This document shows, in pieces, positions 61,329 to 64,000 of a stretch of DNA of 64,000 nucleotides; the first letter of the stretch is position 1; each line of letters starts with the position of its first letter. Made by a program: the position numbers and the translations under genes. The stretch comes from an uncultured Verrucomicrobiae bacterium. Lineage in GTDB: Bacteria > Verrucomicrobiota > Verrucomicrobiia > Limisphaerales > Palsa-1400. The DNA lies in contig CAVXRD010000002.1 of assembly GCA_963764165.1 (NCBI GenBank), forward strand, positions 2,880,001 through 2,944,000, given 5' to 3'. The notes below the pieces were generated by a model. It ran no database searches and was not told where the DNA came from. It worked only from the letters and a program-made list of their open reading frames with translations.

Positions 61329-61991
61329 ATGAAACATTTGAGCGTGCGTCTCTCGGTGATTGGTTTCATGGCTACCTATGCTTTTTTGTGCGGTTGCGCA
61401 TCCACCTCGCCACAGGGCATGGAGACTCGGTCGGTCAAGGGCACTGGCCAATTCACAGTGAACGGGGATTCTCATCCGATCAAAGCAAATAAGATAGTGC
61501 TCCCGGGGACCACGATTCACACGGGTCCTGACAGCGAGACGCACCTGACCTTTGGCAAGAGCTTGCAGCTAAGAGTCGAAGCTGAGACTGAATTGAAATT
61601 GACGGAAATAAACGGCATTCCTTCGGCGAGCATCGCTCAACCGCAGGCGGTCTTCGAACTTGCAGAAGGTACAGTTCTGGGATCGGCCAAAAAAAGCCAT
61701 TCGACTTTTCAAATTCGCACGACGAACGGCATTGTCTCTGTGCAAGAGGCGTATTTTAGGGTGCGAACCGATATTGGCGAACGCGGCGAAGCGAAGACGA
61801 CCGCCTTGTGCGCTCGTGGGACGCTGATCGTATTTGCCACTGTGGCGGGAAAGAATGAAATCGTTGAAGTGCCCGCAGGCAAACAGTGCGTCGCACAGGC
61901 GGGCAACGTTGTCGTAGAGCCCGTCGCCCCCGCCGAGATTGAAAGAGTTTTGAGTGAATTAGTGCCTATGGTGGTAACACTTGGTAATTAG
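61329..61991 (+). CDS. FecR-domain lipoprotein 5
   Basis: Lipobox LCGC; IHTGPDSE, FELAEG, FQIRTTNGIVSV. Confidence 0.75.
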   Translation: MKHLSVRLSVIGFMATYAFLCGCASTSPQGMETRSVKGTGQFTVNGDSHPIKANKIVLPGTTIHTGPDSETHLTFGKSLQLRVEAETELKLTEINGIPSASIAQPQAVFELAEGTVLGSAKKSHSTFQIRTTNGIVSVQEAYFRVRTDIGERGEAKTTALCARGTLIVFATVAGKNEIVEVPAGKQCVAQAGNVVVEPVAPAEIERVLSELVPMVVTLGN

Positions 61992-62026
61992 CCAAACCCC
62001 TCGACGCTGCTGGTTGTGCAAATACG

Positions 62027-62866
62027 CTAGCGTTCGCCGTGAAACGTTGTCAGCAGCGCCTCGGCATCCCGATAATCGGGTATGACCACGTGCGCCCCAG
62101 CTTCCAGCAGTTGGGCGCGCTTGAAGGGATCGGCCACGCCTGATCCATGTCGGTTTTCATCGCTGGCGACGGCGATCGAGAGGGCGCCGAGTTCGTGCGC
62201 GTGACGGATTTCCACCGGGCCGTCGCCGAAGCAGATCATTTGTTCTCCCGGGATTCTCTCCTCGGCGAGAATGCGCTCAAGGACGGTGCGTTTGGAAAAC
62301 TCTCCAGCGATTGGGCTGCCGAAAATTCTATCGTCGAAGCAGCGGGCCACATCCAGCAACTCCGCTTCCTGCCGGACGCGATGTTCGACGGTGCCACTCA
62401 AGACAAAAAGTTTGACGCCGCGTTCCAGCAAAATTTCCAACATCCGCCGCGCCCCGAAAACGACGAAATCATCGGGACGTAACGCGCCGGTTTGGATGGA
62501 GGCTGATCGTTCCTCAATGAGTTTGTCGAGGCGGCTTTGGTAATCGTAAAGCAAGTCCTCGGGCGACGGCACGAAGGGATTCCGAGGCTTCGCGCGCTCT
62601 GCAAATTTCCGCATTTGGAAAATGGAGGGCAGGCCGTTGCCTGATAAAATCTCGGCCAGAATTTCGTCATGGACCGCGCAAGGCTGTTCGCCGGCGCGCA
62701 GCGGATAATGCGCGAGGAAAACGTCGCACATCAGTTCCGGCCAGCCGTGGCGCAGCCAGGAAACGGTTCCGTCAAAATCAAACACGGCCACCGCCAGTCG
62801 CGCGCGCGGCCTGAACCCCGGCAGAAATTCGACCGATCCCTGGAATGGCGCGGATGGCGTTGGCAT
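62027..62866 (-). CDS. HAD family hydrolase
   Basis: FDFDGT, LSGT, K, FGDGPVE motifs. Confidence 0.88.
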   Translation of the reverse strand: MPTPSAPFQGSVEFLPGFRPRARLAVAVFDFDGTVSWLRHGWPELMCDVFLAHYPLRAGEQPCAVHDEILAEILSGNGLPSIFQMRKFAERAKPRNPFVPSPEDLLYDYQSRLDKLIEERSASIQTGALRPDDFVVFGARRMLEILLERGVKLFVLSGTVEHRVRQEAELLDVARCFDDRIFGSPIAGEFSKRTVLERILAEERIPGEQMICFGDGPVEIRHAHELGALSIAVASDENRHGSGVADPFKRAQLLEAGAHVVIPDYRDAEALLTTFHGER

Positions 62867-62922
62867 CGCTGCTTTCAGTAGCGGCGGGATGCGGCAAAGT
62901 CAACCGCGCGTGACTCCTTAGA

Positions 62923-63005
62923 AGGTAGGGACGTCTCGCCGAGACGTCCGGGGTGAGGCAGTATTCACGCGCAAATCCGGACGCCTCGGCGAGGCGTCCC
63001 TACCT
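62923..63005. repeat. REPIN family A
   Basis: aggtagggacgtctcgccgagacgtcc ... ggacgcctcggcgaggcgtccctacct. Confidence 0.9.
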
Positions 63006-63062
63006 GAGTCAGCGCCTCCGGCGGTGCTTGAATCGGCCTGGCAATGCAGTAACATGGGTGCA

Positions 63063-63848
63063 ATGCGATTTGGGGTTCTCACTATTGTTTTAGCCGCCTG
63101 TTTGTGGGCGGGCGCGGCTGCGCAGGCGCAGCCCAAACTGGCCTACGACTCCCAATCCAAACGCTACGATGCCGCCCCAGGCGAGGAATACGCGCGCTAT
63201 TCCTTCATCATCACCAACGTGTTCACCAACGATATTGTTATTGACGCGATCTCGAATTCCTGTGGTTGCACCACGGTCAGTTTGCCGCGACTCCCGTGGC
63301 GGCTGGCGCCGAACGAAAGCGGCGAAATCAAGGCGCAAATCCATCTCATCGGCAAAACTGGGCTAATCACCAAGACAATGACGAATTTCTACCACACGAT
63401 GCCGGACAAGGAGAAATTTGTGAGCGTAGCCTCCCTCGTGGTCTACGTCCCGCCGCCGCCCGCCGCACGCGGCAAGTTGAGCGATGAGGATCGCGCCGCC
63501 GCGATGCTCAAGGCGAAGAACGATGCGCAGGCGATTTTCTCGGGCGATTGCGCCAAGTGCCACGCCGATCGCGGCGCGGAAAAATATGGGCAGGATCTCT
63601 ACGCGGTGGACTGCGGGATTTGCCACGAGTCGTCGCGTCGCGCGAGTTCGGTGCCGGATTTGCACGCGCTGAAGCAGCCGACCGATTTTGATTATTGGAA
63701 GACAGTCATCACCCTAGGCAAGCCGCACACGATGATGCCCGCCTTCGCCGAGTCCCAAGGCGGGCCGTTGACGGACGCGCAAATTCTTTCACTCGCCACT
63801 TATCTGGACCACACTATTTCGCATCATTTGACCGAGGCGAAAAGGTAG
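63063..63848 (+). CDS. DUF1573 Ig-like domain fused to dihaem cytochrome c
   Basis: Signal peptide; SCGCT...LAPNESG; CAKCH and CGICH; MMPAF...GGPLTDAQI. Confidence 0.85.
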   Translation: MRFGVLTIVLAACLWAGAAAQAQPKLAYDSQSKRYDAAPGEEYARYSFIITNVFTNDIVIDAISNSCGCTTVSLPRLPWRLAPNESGEIKAQIHLIGKTGLITKTMTNFYHTMPDKEKFVSVASLVVYVPPPPAARGKLSDEDRAAAMLKAKNDAQAIFSGDCAKCHADRGAEKYGQDLYAVDCGICHESSRRASSVPDLHALKQPTDFDYWKTVITLGKPHTMMPAFAESQGGPLTDAQILSLATYLDHTISHHLTEAKR

Positions 63849-63949
63849 GGACGCCTCGCCGAGGCGTCCGGGGTGAGGCTCTCGAAATTCTAATGCGTCA
63901 ATACTTTTTCGCACGCTGGCCCGGACGCCTCGGCGAGGCGTCCCTGCCT
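63843..63949. repeat. REPIN family A
   Basis: aggtagggacgcctcgccgaggcgtcc ... ggacgcctcggcgaggcgtccctgcct. Confidence 0.9.
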
Positions 63950-64000
63950 CAAGGTGTAGAAGTTGGCGCAAGGAATTTTCGGATAGTCTCTGCATCGCGC

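Overview
A 64 kb chromosomal segment from a GC-rich bacterium. It is most likely Verrucomicrobiota (Pedosphaerales-like); this is inferred from the PEP-CTERM protein, prepilin/H-X9-DG proteins, futalosine menaquinone genes and Porin_5-type porin. Housekeeping content: gltBD, queE-aminotransferase-rsmA-NUDIX, rarA-MTHFS-rny, mqnP-mqnE-mqnA, and allE with a plant-type ureidoglycolate amidohydrolase. The window also holds many exported proteases (M16, C39, BSP, M1, S8, S41), a two-component system, a PIN toxin-antitoxin pair and a partial RelE/ParE toxin. I saw no rRNA, tRNA, CRISPR array, integrase or transposase. Most notable: (1) a tandem array of five stand-alone exported FecR-domain paralogs with no sigma factor or TonB receptor, in which the four lipoproteins lack the Gly-Thr autocleavage motif; (2) a PstS-like protein/secreted protein/porin cluster with a Pho-box-like repeat; (3) a GAF gene flanked by a duplicated 5' end of rarA; (4) several REP/REPIN and 9-10 nt periodic inverted-repeat families, two copies of which supply stop codons; (5) an orphan promoter-hairpin-terminator unit (candidate sRNA); (6) many apparently leaderless promoters. 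All calls come from reading motifs by eye; no database search was run.
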